Assembly: GCA_965116725.1 (NCBI GenBank)
Contig: OZ220700.1
Coordinates: 628,923 to 692,922 of the forward strand
Direction of reading: 5' to 3'
DNA from: Thermodesulfobacteriota bacterium
Lineage (GTDB): Bacteria > Desulfobacterota_D > UBA1144 > Nemesobacterales > Nemesobacteraceae
DNA: 64,000 bases
In this document: positions 9,508 to 18,520 of the stretch, piece by piece
Numbering within the stretch: position 1 is the first letter of the stretch
How the letters are laid out: each line of letters opens with the position of its first letter
Notes under the pieces: model-generated
Told to the model about the DNA's origin: nothing
The model's input: only the letters and a program-made list of their open reading frames with translations
Database searches by the model: none
Made by a program: the position numbers and the translations under genes

Positions 9508-11190
9508 CTAGCTCTCCGCCAGTTCCTCTTCCGTAACCCTGAGCACTTCGTCAATTGACGTTATGCCTTTTGCAACTTTGTCGGCACCGTCCATTCTAAG
9601 GGTAATGAGTCCGTTTCTCAGGGCATTTTCCTTAAGCGTTGAAGAATCTGGGTGTGTAAGAATAGTGTTTTTGAGTTCATCATCGATAAGCAGTATCTCA
9701 AAAATCGCTATTCTTCCCGAAAATCCCGTCTCCATGCACTCTTGGCATCCCTTGGCTCTGTATATCTTTCCTTCTGGACAGGCCTCGCGAGCAAGTCCTA
9801 TACGACCGATCTCCTCATCAATCGGCACGTACTGTTCTCTGCACTGCGTGCAAAGAATCCTGACAAGCCTCTGAGCTATGACCGCAGAGAGGGTAGAAGC
9901 TATAAGAAAGGACTCTACCCCCATATCGGCAAGCCTGGTCACGGCGCTTACCGAGTCATTGGTATGCAGCGTGGAAAACACGAGATGCCCAGTGAGTGAA
10001 GCGTTCATGGAAATATCGGCAGTTTCCCTGTCCCTTATTTCCCCGACTAGTATAACGTCGGGATCCTGCCTGAGTATTGAGCGAAGTCCGTTTGCGAACG
10101 TAAGATCGACCTTGGTGTTGACTTGGATCTGGTTAATTCCCTGTATCTGGTATTCAACCGGGTCTTCTATAGTGATTATTTTCTTGTCGGGAAGATTGAT
10201 TCTCTGCAGGGCAGCATAGAGGCTTGTTGTCTTTCCGCTTCCCGTGGGTCCCGTAACGAGAATGATCCCGTGAGGACGTTTGATAAGGGATTCCACCGTC
10301 TCGAGTTTTTTTCCTTCAAGACCCAGCTGCTCGAAGCTCATCAGCACCGAAGACCTGTAAAGCAGCCTCATTACCACGCTCTCTCCCCATGAGGTCGGAA
10401 CCGTCGAAACCCTTACATCGATATCCCTTCCTCCGATCTTCAGCCTTATGCTTCCGTCCTGAGGCTTTCTTCTCTCGGCTATATCAAGTTCAGACATGAT
10501 CTTCACACGTGAGATCACCGAAGACTGCACTGTTTTCGGAACTTTCGTCACGTCGTGAAGAATGCCGTCCTTTCTGAACCGTACCAGCACTTCTTTTTCG
10601 AAACACTCTATGTGAATATCGCTTGCGTGCTCCCTTACCGCCTGAAAAAGAAGCGTGTTTATGAATTTTATGATCGGAGCTTCATCTTCAGCCTCAATCA
10701 GATCCTGGGGCTCGGTAAACTCCATGTCGGAGAGTCCCGAACCTTCGTTTATATCCTCTGACACAACATCTTTGCCCTGCTCGTAGACCCTGTTAATGCT
10801 GTCGGTCAGCACGCGTTCAAGGGTAATGTAAGTTTCTAGCGAGCAGTTAAAGCGGGAGCGAACCTCGTCAAGAGCATAGAGCTCCTGAGGCGGGGCGAAT
10901 ACGACTTTGAGCGTTCCGTTATCCTTGCTTATTGGGAGTATTCTGAACCTCTTCGCGAAGCTGATCGGAAACTGTTTTATCAGTTCATAATCTATATCGT
11001 CTTCGGGAATCGATTCGACTTTTTCGACTCCGTAAAACTCGGAAAGAACATCTAGAGCCGGGGAGTCTTTAAGTACGTCAGTTTTGAGCAGTATGTCTTC
11101 TGTATTCCGACCGTTCTTCCCTTTAAGCTCTTCAATTCTCCCCATAACCTCGGGGTAACGCCTGCCTATTATTTCGTCAAGAGCCTTCAT
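9508..11190 (-). CDS. gspE: T2SS ATPase GspE
   Basis: 560 aa. Walker [10 protein letters not shown]. The Asp box, His box and tetracysteine motif (CTQC...CQEC) are typical of GspE/PilB secretion ATPases. Confidence 0.9.
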   Translation of the reverse strand: MKALDEIIGRRYPEVMGRIEELKGKNGRNTEDILLKTDVLKDSPALDVLSEFYGVEKVESIPEDDIDYELIKQFPISFAKRFRILPISKDNGTLKVVFAPPQELYALDEVRSRFNCSLETYITLERVLTDSINRVYEQGKDVVSEDINEGSGLSDMEFTEPQDLIEAEDEAPIIKFINTLLFQAVREHASDIHIECFEKEVLVRFRKDGILHDVTKVPKTVQSSVISRVKIMSELDIAERRKPQDGSIRLKIGGRDIDVRVSTVPTSWGESVVMRLLYRSSVLMSFEQLGLEGKKLETVESLIKRPHGIILVTGPTGSGKTTSLYAALQRINLPDKKIITIEDPVEYQIQGINQIQVNTKVDLTFANGLRSILRQDPDVILVGEIRDRETADISMNASLTGHLVFSTLHTNDSVSAVTRLADMGVESFLIASTLSAVIAQRLVRILCTQCREQYVPIDEEIGRIGLAREACPEGKIYRAKGCQECMETGFSGRIAIFEILLIDDELKNTILTHPDSSTLKENALRNGLITLRMDGADKVAKGITSIDEVLRVTEEELAES

Positions 11191-11205
11191 TTTCTAAAAA
11201 CTTCC

Positions 11206-13701
11206 CTACTCAAGCGTATTCAGGTCCCTTCTATGAAGCAAGGTCTTTCTTCTCTGGTAATCCGTAAGCAACTGCTTCATATCGCTTTCCGTCTCAACTA
11301 TCCGCGGGGTAAGAAGTATCATCAGGTTAAGCTTCCTGTTCTGATTGCGCTTGAACCTGAACAGGTTTCCAATTAGCGGAATATCTCCGAGCAGAGGTGT
11401 TTTGTTGTGAAGAACCTCTTCTCTGTCCTGAACCAACCCACCTATAACGAGGGTCTGCCCATTTTTGACTATAACCGACGAATCGGCACTTCTTGTTGTA
11501 GTCGCAATGCCGAACTGGGCGGTGTTAAGTCCCGCCGGCGCCTCTCGGGTAGAGGAAACCTCGGTCACTATGTCAAGGTTAAGGTATTCTCCTTCGCTTA
11601 TCTGAGGGGTGATGCTGAGCCTTATTCCTACCGGCAATCTCTCGATTGTCTGAACTGTCACGCCGCTTGTTCCCACAGTGCTGCCCATCGGAAACGGTAT
11701 TACGTCAGCCACCACTATCTCGGCCGGTTCGTTGTCGGTTGTAATAATGCTCGGGGTTGAAAGAACATTGACGTCGGTCACGGAACTCAGCGCCTGAAAC
11801 ACCGCGGAGAACGAAGGAAGAGACGGAAGCGGACCCGAACCGTCGGGGTCAACTTCCTCTCCCACCACTCCGAGAAAGAGCCCCGAGAGACTGCCTATGG
11901 AAGCAGTTGCAATTGTGGGATCAGCCGCAACTCCGAGAAGACTTGGGATGCCCGGCAGCTGCTGTCCGAGAAAACCTAGGTTATCGCCCTCGATTGTAAC
12001 GCCGAGACCGAAATTGGTTCCCAGCGCATTAAGGTTATCAAGACCCACCTCGAGTATGGCAGCTTCCACGAACACCTGCCTTCTCCTTACGTCAAGCTTA
12101 TCCACTATCTGCTTGACCATTCTGTATTGCGTGAGAGAACCGATCACTATGATGGAATTTGTCGCCGGATCCGAAGTTATCTTAAGCCCATCGCCCGAAG
12201 ACACTATGACGGAAGCGCCGGTCTGCTCGTTCCCTCCCCTCTGGATGTTCCCGCCCTGGGAACCTAAGCCACCAACATTTCCGCTGCCACCCCCTTTCCC
12301 CTCTCCGAGACGGCTTGAAGGCTGGCCGGTTCTGCCGGATTGCCGCGCCTGATCCCGATAGGAAACTGAAGACACTGCACCCCCTTTCCCCTCCGTGAAC
12401 AGATTTCCCAGAACTTCGATTATCTGCTCAGCGTCGGCGTTTTTAACCGGTATAACGTAAACGTCCTGTTCCGCGTGCTCGCTCTCGATATCCAAAACAG
12501 CGATCGTCTCCTTTATCAGGGGAAGATCCCTTGGGTCAGCAATCACTATTATGGAATTTGTCCTCTCGTCGTTTATCACTTTAAACCCTAATAGCTCAGA
12601 ACTTCCAGATATGAGACCGTCGTTCTTGCCTTTTGACGGCTTGGTCTTGGCGCTTTTAGGATTGAAGATCTCAAGCAGCTTAAAAATAACGTTGGCCGAG
12701 TTTGTGTTATGCACTTTGATGAACTCTATTTTCTTCTCGTAATCAATATTCGCAATCACTTCGGCTATCTTGTTCACGTTCTGTTCATTATCAACCACAA
12801 CTAGGGTATTCGACGGTTGGTGAGCCTTCATAAACCCATCCTTGCTAACCAGAGCTCGAAGGACGTTGGAAATTCCCTTGGCTTTTACGCTCTTAAGCTT
12901 TATCAGCTTCATCACGTATTTCTGGGAAGACTCCGCAGGGTCGAAATCCAGTCTTAACGGTATGCTCTCTGACTTTATCCCCTTTTTAGGGACGACCTTG
13001 TTAACTCCTTCCGCGCTTATGACCGAGTATCCGTTCATATCAAGAAGTATTTCAAAAATTCTAAACGCATTCTCTCTCTCGAAACCGCCCTCGGGAGTTA
13101 TGATCGTCACATTCTTGTCCCTGATCTTGTCACTCAGGAGATAAACCTCGGAGGTGATCTCGCTTATGGTCTTTACCATCTCATTAAGCGTCATGTTGGA
13201 GCGAAGGTTAACCATCCCCTCGTCCTCGGGAATTTCTTCACCCTCTTCACCGAGAGCTTCATCGCCTGAGACCGCAACTGTTTCCTCAGGCTTCTTCGTC
13301 TCCAGCTCAGGAGCCTTCTCAACTTCGGCCGCAACTTCTTCCTCCGCTAAATCGAGCGGTAGACCGGGGTCCTCGACCAGTCCTTCAAGAGTCTCGTCGC
13401 CAGAAACTTTCACCGCATCTTTTCCGAGAGGCCTTAAGTCTTGCTTGCCCGGATCCTTTGCGGCCTCCTCGGCCAGCAACTCCGCAGCTTCCTTGGCAAT
13501 ATCAGTGGGTTCCGCGGGTGAATCCTCGCCGTTCGCTTTTTCAAGCCTTGTGCCAGGGGCGACAACAACCTTGGCCCTTGTAAGATCCGGAAGCGGCTCG
13601 GACTTCTCTGCAGGAGCCAACTGGGGACAGAGAACGGAAGCGGAAAAAACGAGAACCGCTGACAGAACTGGGAAAAGATTTTTATTCAGAAAGTATTTCA
13701 T
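11206..13701 (-). CDS. gspD: T2SS secretin GspD, with long acidic N-terminal extension and an internal Gly-rich insert
   Basis: Secretin C-domain (VIVKNGQTLVIGGLV, IPLIGNLFRFK). N0/N1-type domains. The signal peptide is taken from the internal Met MKYFLNK..SASVLC. About 100 aa of an acidic, low-complexity segment follows the signal peptide. Confidence 0.85.
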   Translation of the reverse strand: MKYFLNKNLFPVLSAVLVFSASVLCPQLAPAEKSEPLPDLTRAKVVVAPGTRLEKANGEDSPAEPTDIAKEAAELLAEEAAKDPGKQDLRPLGKDAVKVSGDETLEGLVEDPGLPLDLAEEEVAAEVEKAPELETKKPEETVAVSGDEALGEEGEEIPEDEGMVNLRSNMTLNEMVKTISEITSEVYLLSDKIRDKNVTIITPEGGFERENAFRIFEILLDMNGYSVISAEGVNKVVPKKGIKSESIPLRLDFDPAESSQKYVMKLIKLKSVKAKGISNVLRALVSKDGFMKAHQPSNTLVVVDNEQNVNKIAEVIANIDYEKKIEFIKVHNTNSANVIFKLLEIFNPKSAKTKPSKGKNDGLISGSSELLGFKVINDERTNSIIVIADPRDLPLIKETIAVLDIESEHAEQDVYVIPVKNADAEQIIEVLGNLFTEGKGGAVSSVSYRDQARQSGRTGQPSSRLGEGKGGGSGNVGGLGSQGGNIQRGGNEQTGASVIVSSGDGLKITSDPATNSIIVIGSLTQYRMVKQIVDKLDVRRRQVFVEAAILEVGLDNLNALGTNFGLGVTIEGDNLGFLGQQLPGIPSLLGVAADPTIATASIGSLSGLFLGVVGEEVDPDGSGPLPSLPSFSAVFQALSSVTDVNVLSTPSIITTDNEPAEIVVADVIPFPMGSTVGTSGVTVQTIERLPVGIRLSITPQISEGEYLNLDIVTEVSSTREAPAGLNTAQFGIATTTRSADSSVIVKNGQTLVIGGLVQDREEVLHNKTPLLGDIPLIGNLFRFKRNQNRKLNLMILLTPRIVETESDMKQLLTDYQRRKTLLHRRDLNTLE

Positions 13702-13744
13702 AATCTGTTTTAACCTTAAGAAACTGAATTTTTTTGTATTAGGC

Positions 13745-14692
13745 CTAGTAAACCGTGTACCGGTTACTCTTTCTTTTACCTCGTCTCGTGAAATCAACGG
13801 TAAACTCACTCTGGCCCCTCAAGTCGGTAAAAAGCGAAAGAGCGCTCTGCACATCGTTTAAAGCAACTTCATTTATCTGGTGAACTATATCCCCGTTTCT
13901 AAGACCCATTTTATAAAACACGCTCCGGCTTCTCACCCCGAAGATCTTGATACCGTCATCGCGCGGCACAATCTTAGCCTCGGTTATTAAACTGCTGGGT
14001 TCAGCGAGCAGTTCTTCAAACATTACTCTTTCTATCTGGTATAAGCCCTCGCTGACCTTGCTGACCCCTGAAGCCGACGACTTTTTTGACTTGACAGACG
14101 GTCTGTTCCTTACTGAAGAACTCGCGGGGCTTTTTGCAAAAACGGATTCAAGCTCGTTTCCGCAGGTAATCAATTCGGGACCTTCCGCTCTTCGTATAGT
14201 CACTTCGCAGTCGTCTATTTTCACTACCTCTACTTTTTCGGATGTTACAAGATCAACCAACTGCCCTTCAGAATAACCCTTTATTTTGCTATTTTCCATA
14301 TTCTTTATCACGGCGATGCTCTTGTTGGCCGCAGAATTAGTGCGGCTTTTGAGTATGAAAGTTCCAAGAAGTTCAAGCTTGAGGGAAGTTTTCGGGGTAA
14401 CCTCCCCCTCGAAAACTTCCGAGAAACCACCCGTCTCTATCTGTCCAGCATAACCGCCCGTTCCAAACAGGTTTGTTCTCAGTATAGAGTCGTAGTACTC
14501 TCTTGAACGATAGGGAATCTTAACCTGTCCGTACTTCTCCTTGTAGAGATGTTCACCTGTCAGACCTCCCTTGTCGGACTCTATCTTGTCGCGCAGGCCG
14601 TTGTTGATCGTGGCCGAAACCGAGTACGCAATGGCGACTATCAACAAGACGTTTACGACCCAAACATACTTTCTTAAAACGAGCAAAACCAT
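13745..14692 (-). CDS. gspC: Putative GspC (N-terminal TM anchor + C-terminal PDZ domain)
   Basis: 315 aa. A single N-terminal TM helix. C-terminal PDZ-like segment (GLRNGDIVHQINEVALNDVQSALSLF). It is the first gene of the gsp operon, the usual GspC position. Confidence 0.5.
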   Translation of the reverse strand: MVLLVLRKYVWVVNVLLIVAIAYSVSATINNGLRDKIESDKGGLTGEHLYKEKYGQVKIPYRSREYYDSILRTNLFGTGGYAGQIETGGFSEVFEGEVTPKTSLKLELLGTFILKSRTNSAANKSIAVIKNMENSKIKGYSEGQLVDLVTSEKVEVVKIDDCEVTIRRAEGPELITCGNELESVFAKSPASSSVRNRPSVKSKKSSASGVSKVSEGLYQIERVMFEELLAEPSSLITEAKIVPRDDGIKIFGVRSRSVFYKMGLRNGDIVHQINEVALNDVQSALSLFTDLRGQSEFTVDFTRRGKRKSNRYTVY

Positions 14693-14837
14693 AGTCGATT
14701 CCTTAAATTAATCCTATATAATTTAATAGAATGCCTTATTTTTTCAACATTCCTACCGCTGCGGAGACGTAGTTTAAGAAAAGCTCGCAATTCTGAATCG
14801 ATACCCCGCAACGATTTTTTAAATATCCGTGCAATGT

Positions 14838-16004
14838 TCACTCACTTCGTTCTGTTTCCCCTGCCGGAGCAACGACAGGAAAGTTTTCAAGCACGGAACA
14901 AAAATACCGCTTTTCAAGATCATATATATCAAAAGCCAGTTCCGAGGCACGCTCGAATCCCTCTCCGCATGAAGCGCTCTCGCTTATCTCCTTGAAAAGC
15001 ATTCCCATGTCGTACCACTTCTGACCAATACTGTTCATCTCGTTGGGAAGTTTCGCCCCGTAAAAAGTGGAAAGCACCGGGGAGACTTCCTCGAGAAAAT
15101 CCCTGTAAAACCACCTGAAAGCAGCGCCGCAGACCCCTCTTCTGCATATGACCTGGTAAGTAAACCTAGAGGTCCACTTCCAGTCGGCAAGATCCCCCCA
15201 GCCAGGGAGATCCTCGGCCCATTTCCTTATAATCTCAACGCCTGAAGTCCCTCTTAGAGTGGTCTTGCCTTCAAGCATCATCTCGGCGTTTTTTCTCACG
15301 GCACCGAGAATCATCTCCTCAGCACCGAAGCCATTTTCAAGGAACCTTACTTCAACACAGTTGTTGGAAAGGGGATACGGCCTTGCTTTTGAGCTTCTCG
15401 CCTTCGCCATGTTCTCAAAAGAGACAGTCTGGAGATCTTCAAACGAATTGTCCGCCACGTAAAAAACGGATTCGGAGTCGTCGTATCCGCATACCGCTAT
15501 TATGTGCCCGGGGAAATGGGTCTTGGAGTCAAAGTATTCAAGGTAGCAGATATCGGCCTGTATCAACACCGGAACATCCATGTCAATAAACTCCCTGAGG
15601 TCATTCGAGGCCCGCTCGTTGTCGTCCTCGTACTTCCAGTCGGTGACATCGACACCGAAACTTCTCAGGAAATTAATTTCCATCAAGGGACCGCGAGGCT
15701 GTATAATCCTGCTCGGATTCATTCCCTCTTCACGGGAGTAATAAAAACCGAGACCGGCTCCCAGCCCGAAACACATCTGCTCCGAGAGATCGTGCCCGTA
15801 GTAGAGGCATATATCTCTCAGCGCCGCGGAACCGCAGTGCACCCCTTTTAAGTGTTTCCAGCCATTTATTATTCTCTTCATAAGAAGCCGCAGAACCGAG
15901 GAAATTAATATAGCCGGAAATCGATATTCCTTAAAGACCCAGGAATACTCATCACCTAGGGAAGCCTTCTTGATCATTGCGTCAGAACGGATATTAGTAA
16001 TCAT
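14838..16004 (-). CDS. C39-like papain-fold protein (BtrH N-terminal domain family) with a C-terminal domain of unknown function
   Basis: Cys motif VHCGSAALRDICLYYG, and His/Asp further along (GHIIAVCGYDDSE). This resembles peptidase C39/BtrH_N. No signal peptide. The start was moved to an internal Met to avoid overlap with the divergent gene. Confidence 0.4.
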   Translation of the reverse strand: MITNIRSDAMIKKASLGDEYSWVFKEYRFPAILISSVLRLLMKRIINGWKHLKGVHCGSAALRDICLYYGHDLSEQMCFGLGAGLGFYYSREEGMNPSRIIQPRGPLMEINFLRSFGVDVTDWKYEDDNERASNDLREFIDMDVPVLIQADICYLEYFDSKTHFPGHIIAVCGYDDSESVFYVADNSFEDLQTVSFENMAKARSSKARPYPLSNNCVEVRFLENGFGAEEMILGAVRKNAEMMLEGKTTLRGTSGVEIIRKWAEDLPGWGDLADWKWTSRFTYQVICRRGVCGAAFRWFYRDFLEEVSPVLSTFYGAKLPNEMNSIGQKWYDMGMLFKEISESASCGEGFERASELAFDIYDLEKRYFCSVLENFPVVAPAGETERSE

Positions 16005-16022
16005 CGCCACGGATAAACCAGC

Positions 16023-16964
16023 ATGCTTGAGAAAATCCTTAAAAATTCGAAAAAGGCTATTCTGCTCGGAATAGGAGGAGGAGGCGATATAGTCGGAACC
16101 CTTCCGACGGCAAACCTGCTCGAGATAAACGGAACGCAATGCGTTCTGGGTGGGCTTAGCTGGGAGCGCTTCACAATAGACCCCGATCCAGGGCCCAGAA
16201 AGCTTGAAGAATCACGCAATGTCCGCGAGATAAACGACGTGGTCTGGAAATGCAACAAAGATTCCACCACCCGAGGCGGAGCGAGGTTTGCCGAGGCAGG
16301 CATGGCCGAAGTTCTGGGAGAGGAAACTCTTCTTGTCGATATAAGTTACGGTCCGGAGAAGGTTTTTGAGGGAATAACGGACGCCGCCGAAAAACTCGGC
16401 GCAGATCTAGTGGTGGGAATAGACGTCGGCGGAGACGTGCTTGGATTCGGAGACGAAGAGGGACTCATGAGTCCGCTTGCCGACGCCATAATGACCGCGG
16501 CGCTTTACAGACAGAGTTTCCGGATGCCTACCGTAATGGGAGTATTCGGTTTCGGAAGCGACGGAGAACTCTCCAAAGAAGAACTTGAGAGGTCATTCGG
16601 CATCATAGCACGGAACAATGGAATTCTCGGGAGCTGGGGCATATCTGCAACCACACTGGAATTAATGGAAAAAGCGATAAGCATAATACCCACCGAGGCG
16701 AGCAGAGGGCCCGTTGAATACGCAAAAGGAGTTTTCAGCACCACTTCAATAAGAGACGGCAGAAGAAAAGTCGAACTCGATATAAGTTCCACAGTAACTT
16801 TCTACATAGATCCCCGGGTGGTTTACGAAAAGGTGTCAAGACCCGCGCAAGCGGTCTACGGGTGCAGAACGATAGGGGAGGCAAACTCAAAGCTTAACGA
16901 AGCGGGAATCAGAACGGAGCTTGATATTGAAATGGAGCTTTACGAAAATCTCGGGAAAAACTAA
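16023..16964 (+). CDS. DUF1152-like conserved hypothetical protein with an N-terminal Gly-rich loop
   Basis: 313 aa. N-terminal LLGIGGGGDIVG motif and a second glycine-rich loop (VGIDVGGDVLGFGD). The family is of unknown function. Confidence 0.45.
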   Translation: MLEKILKNSKKAILLGIGGGGDIVGTLPTANLLEINGTQCVLGGLSWERFTIDPDPGPRKLEESRNVREINDVVWKCNKDSTTRGGARFAEAGMAEVLGEETLLVDISYGPEKVFEGITDAAEKLGADLVVGIDVGGDVLGFGDEEGLMSPLADAIMTAALYRQSFRMPTVMGVFGFGSDGELSKEELERSFGIIARNNGILGSWGISATTLELMEKAISIIPTEASRGPVEYAKGVFSTTSIRDGRRKVELDISSTVTFYIDPRVVYEKVSRPAQAVYGCRTIGEANSKLNEAGIRTELDIEMELYENLGKN

Positions 16965-16994
16965 TGGCACTTATAGCCAACAGTTGAGACTATA

Positions 16995-17031
16995 CCGATG
17001 ACCCGATGGTTGCATTTTCACGGGTCATCGG
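16995..17031. other. Perfect 11-bp GC-rich inverted repeat (hairpin) between convergent genes
   Basis: CCGATGACCCG-15 nt-CGGGTCATCGG. No flanking U-run on either strand. Confidence 0.6.
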
Positions 17032-17043
17032 GGAAGCCGCTTC

Positions 17044-17397
17044 CTACCGGTCGCTCCAGACCGCCAGTTCATTGCGGTTGGGATCTAGAAAATGAAACCG
17101 TCGCCCGCCGGGGAAGGAAAATATCGGTTTGCAGAGTTCGCCTCCGGCGGCAGTGATGCGTTCCAGCGTGGCTTCCAGATCTTCCGCGTAAAGCACCACC
17201 AGCGCAGCGCCCTGGCTGCTGTCGGACTGCAGCGGGGAGTGGTAGAACCCGCCGTCCATGCTACCGTCATTGAAGGCACAGTAGCAGTCGCCGTAGTCTT
17301 GGAAGGTCCAGCCAAACACGTCACCGTAAAACGTCTTGGCCTTAGTAAAGTCTTCCGCGGGCAACTCGACATAATTGATCCGGGAGTCTTCTTTCAT
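17044..17397 (-). CDS. VOC (glyoxalase/bleomycin-resistance) family protein
   Basis: 117 aa. VOC-fold pattern (INYVELPAEDFTKAKTFYGDVFGW...HFLDPNRNELAV). Confidence 0.7.
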   Translation of the reverse strand: MKEDSRINYVELPAEDFTKAKTFYGDVFGWTFQDYGDCYCAFNDGSMDGGFYHSPLQSDSSQGAALVVLYAEDLEATLERITAAGGELCKPIFSFPGGRRFHFLDPNRNELAVWSDR

Positions 17398-17463
17398 GAT
17401 CGCACACTATCAGGCCGCAGACCCCTTCCCTGAGGTAGAATATCAGGGCGGTCTTTCCGTTGT

Positions 17464-17868
17464 TCAATATATTTTTTCGTGAATAAGCTTGAGTATACGC
17501 CTTGATTCTTCCTCATCTCCCCAGATGCCCACGCGGACAATCAGATCGGTTATCTCGGGCTTGTCGTACTTGACGGTTATATAGACCATTTTATCCTGGT
17601 CCCGAAGCTTGGCTTCGATAAGCGCCTTGCCCACCTTGCTTTCTTTTTTGGTTACCTCAAACTCCTGCTGTTCCACAACCTCTACAACCGCGAACCAGAC
17701 CTTGTCAAACGAAGCAGGCTCCTTGCTCTTTAAAACTCCCTTGAGATAAGCCGCGGTACTGCCGCCGACCACGCCGCCCATCACGAGCACGCAACTCGAA
17801 GAAAAAACAATTGCAAGCAAGCATAAAAGCACGGCGTGATGCTTTTTTGGTAGGAAATTCATTTTCAC
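17464..17868 (-). CDS. Putative lipoprotein
   Basis: 134 aa. Signal peptide with a lipobox-like LAIVFSSSC. Confidence 0.35.
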   Translation of the reverse strand: MKMNFLPKKHHAVLLCLLAIVFSSSCVLVMGGVVGGSTAAYLKGVLKSKEPASFDKVWFAVVEVVEQQEFEVTKKESKVGKALIEAKLRDQDKMVYITVKYDKPEITDLIVRVGIWGDEEESRRILKLIHEKIY

Positions 17869-18050
17869 TCCCGGCAGGCTTTACAAAAAAAACCTATATG
17901 GTTACTTAACCTAACTTAGGAAGAAAAAGAGTCAACATCCATGGAATCCTTCATATCAAAAAACAGACTGGTTTTTGGACAGGTTTCGCACTACCATAAA
18001 CATATGGGGAGACAGAATAGGAGCGGCAGTCATAGAGAAGCTGGAGCCCG

Positions 18051-18497
18051 ATGAAAACACCGGCTGAAAAACAAGACAGAACTTCGGGGAGGACAATCTC
18101 GCTTGACATAGGGACCAAGACGATAGGGGTTGCCGTAAGCGACGAGCTGGGGATCACGGCAAACGGCGTCTGTACCATAAGTCGGGAAAACGAGAGAAAA
18201 GACCTCGCGCAGCTTCGCGATATAATGGAGCGATACTCCCCTCGCGAAATCCTCGTTGGGATACCCTACAACCAGGACGGTTCTCTCGGAAGCAGGGCAA
18301 AAGCCATAAAGAAATTTTCCGAACGCATTCGAGATTCTCTAGGCCTTTCGGTGAAATACTGGGACGAGAGCTTTTCCACCAAGACCGCAGAGCAAACACT
18401 GATAGAAGCCGGCATGGGAAGAAAAAAGCGAAAAACGGTAATAGACAAGATGGCCGCTACAGTAATACTGGAAGAGTACCTTCTGAGCAGAAGCTAG
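18051..18497 (+). CDS. ruvX: Putative pre-16S rRNA nuclease / Holliday-junction resolvase-like YqgF (RuvX)
   Basis: [16 protein letters not shown] and [12 protein letters not shown] motifs of the YqgF/RuvX family. The true start may be downstream of the annotated Met. Confidence 0.75.
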   Translation: MKTPAEKQDRTSGRTISLDIGTKTIGVAVSDELGITANGVCTISRENERKDLAQLRDIMERYSPREILVGIPYNQDGSLGSRAKAIKKFSERIRDSLGLSVKYWDESFSTKTAEQTLIEAGMGRKKRKTVIDKMAATVILEEYLLSRS

Positions 18498-18520
18498 GTA
18501 AACCTCGGGGCAGACCTGAT

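Noticed and set aside
16004-16139. Annotated 117-bp head-to-head overlap of the C39-like gene (start 16139) and the DUF1152 gene (start 16023)
   Set aside because: Divergent genes are unlikely to overlap by over 100 bp. In-frame internal Met codons at 16004 and 15977 give a more plausible start, so the overlap is treated as an ORF-caller artefact.
5088-16964. T2SS + C39-like/DUF1152 block as a tRNA-Leu-integrated genomic island
   Set aside because: The tRNA-Leu 3' end points away from the T2SS (towards glnA), which is the wrong side for tRNA-targeted integration. There is no integrase and no direct repeat of the tRNA 3' end, and GC content and codon usage do not change by eye.
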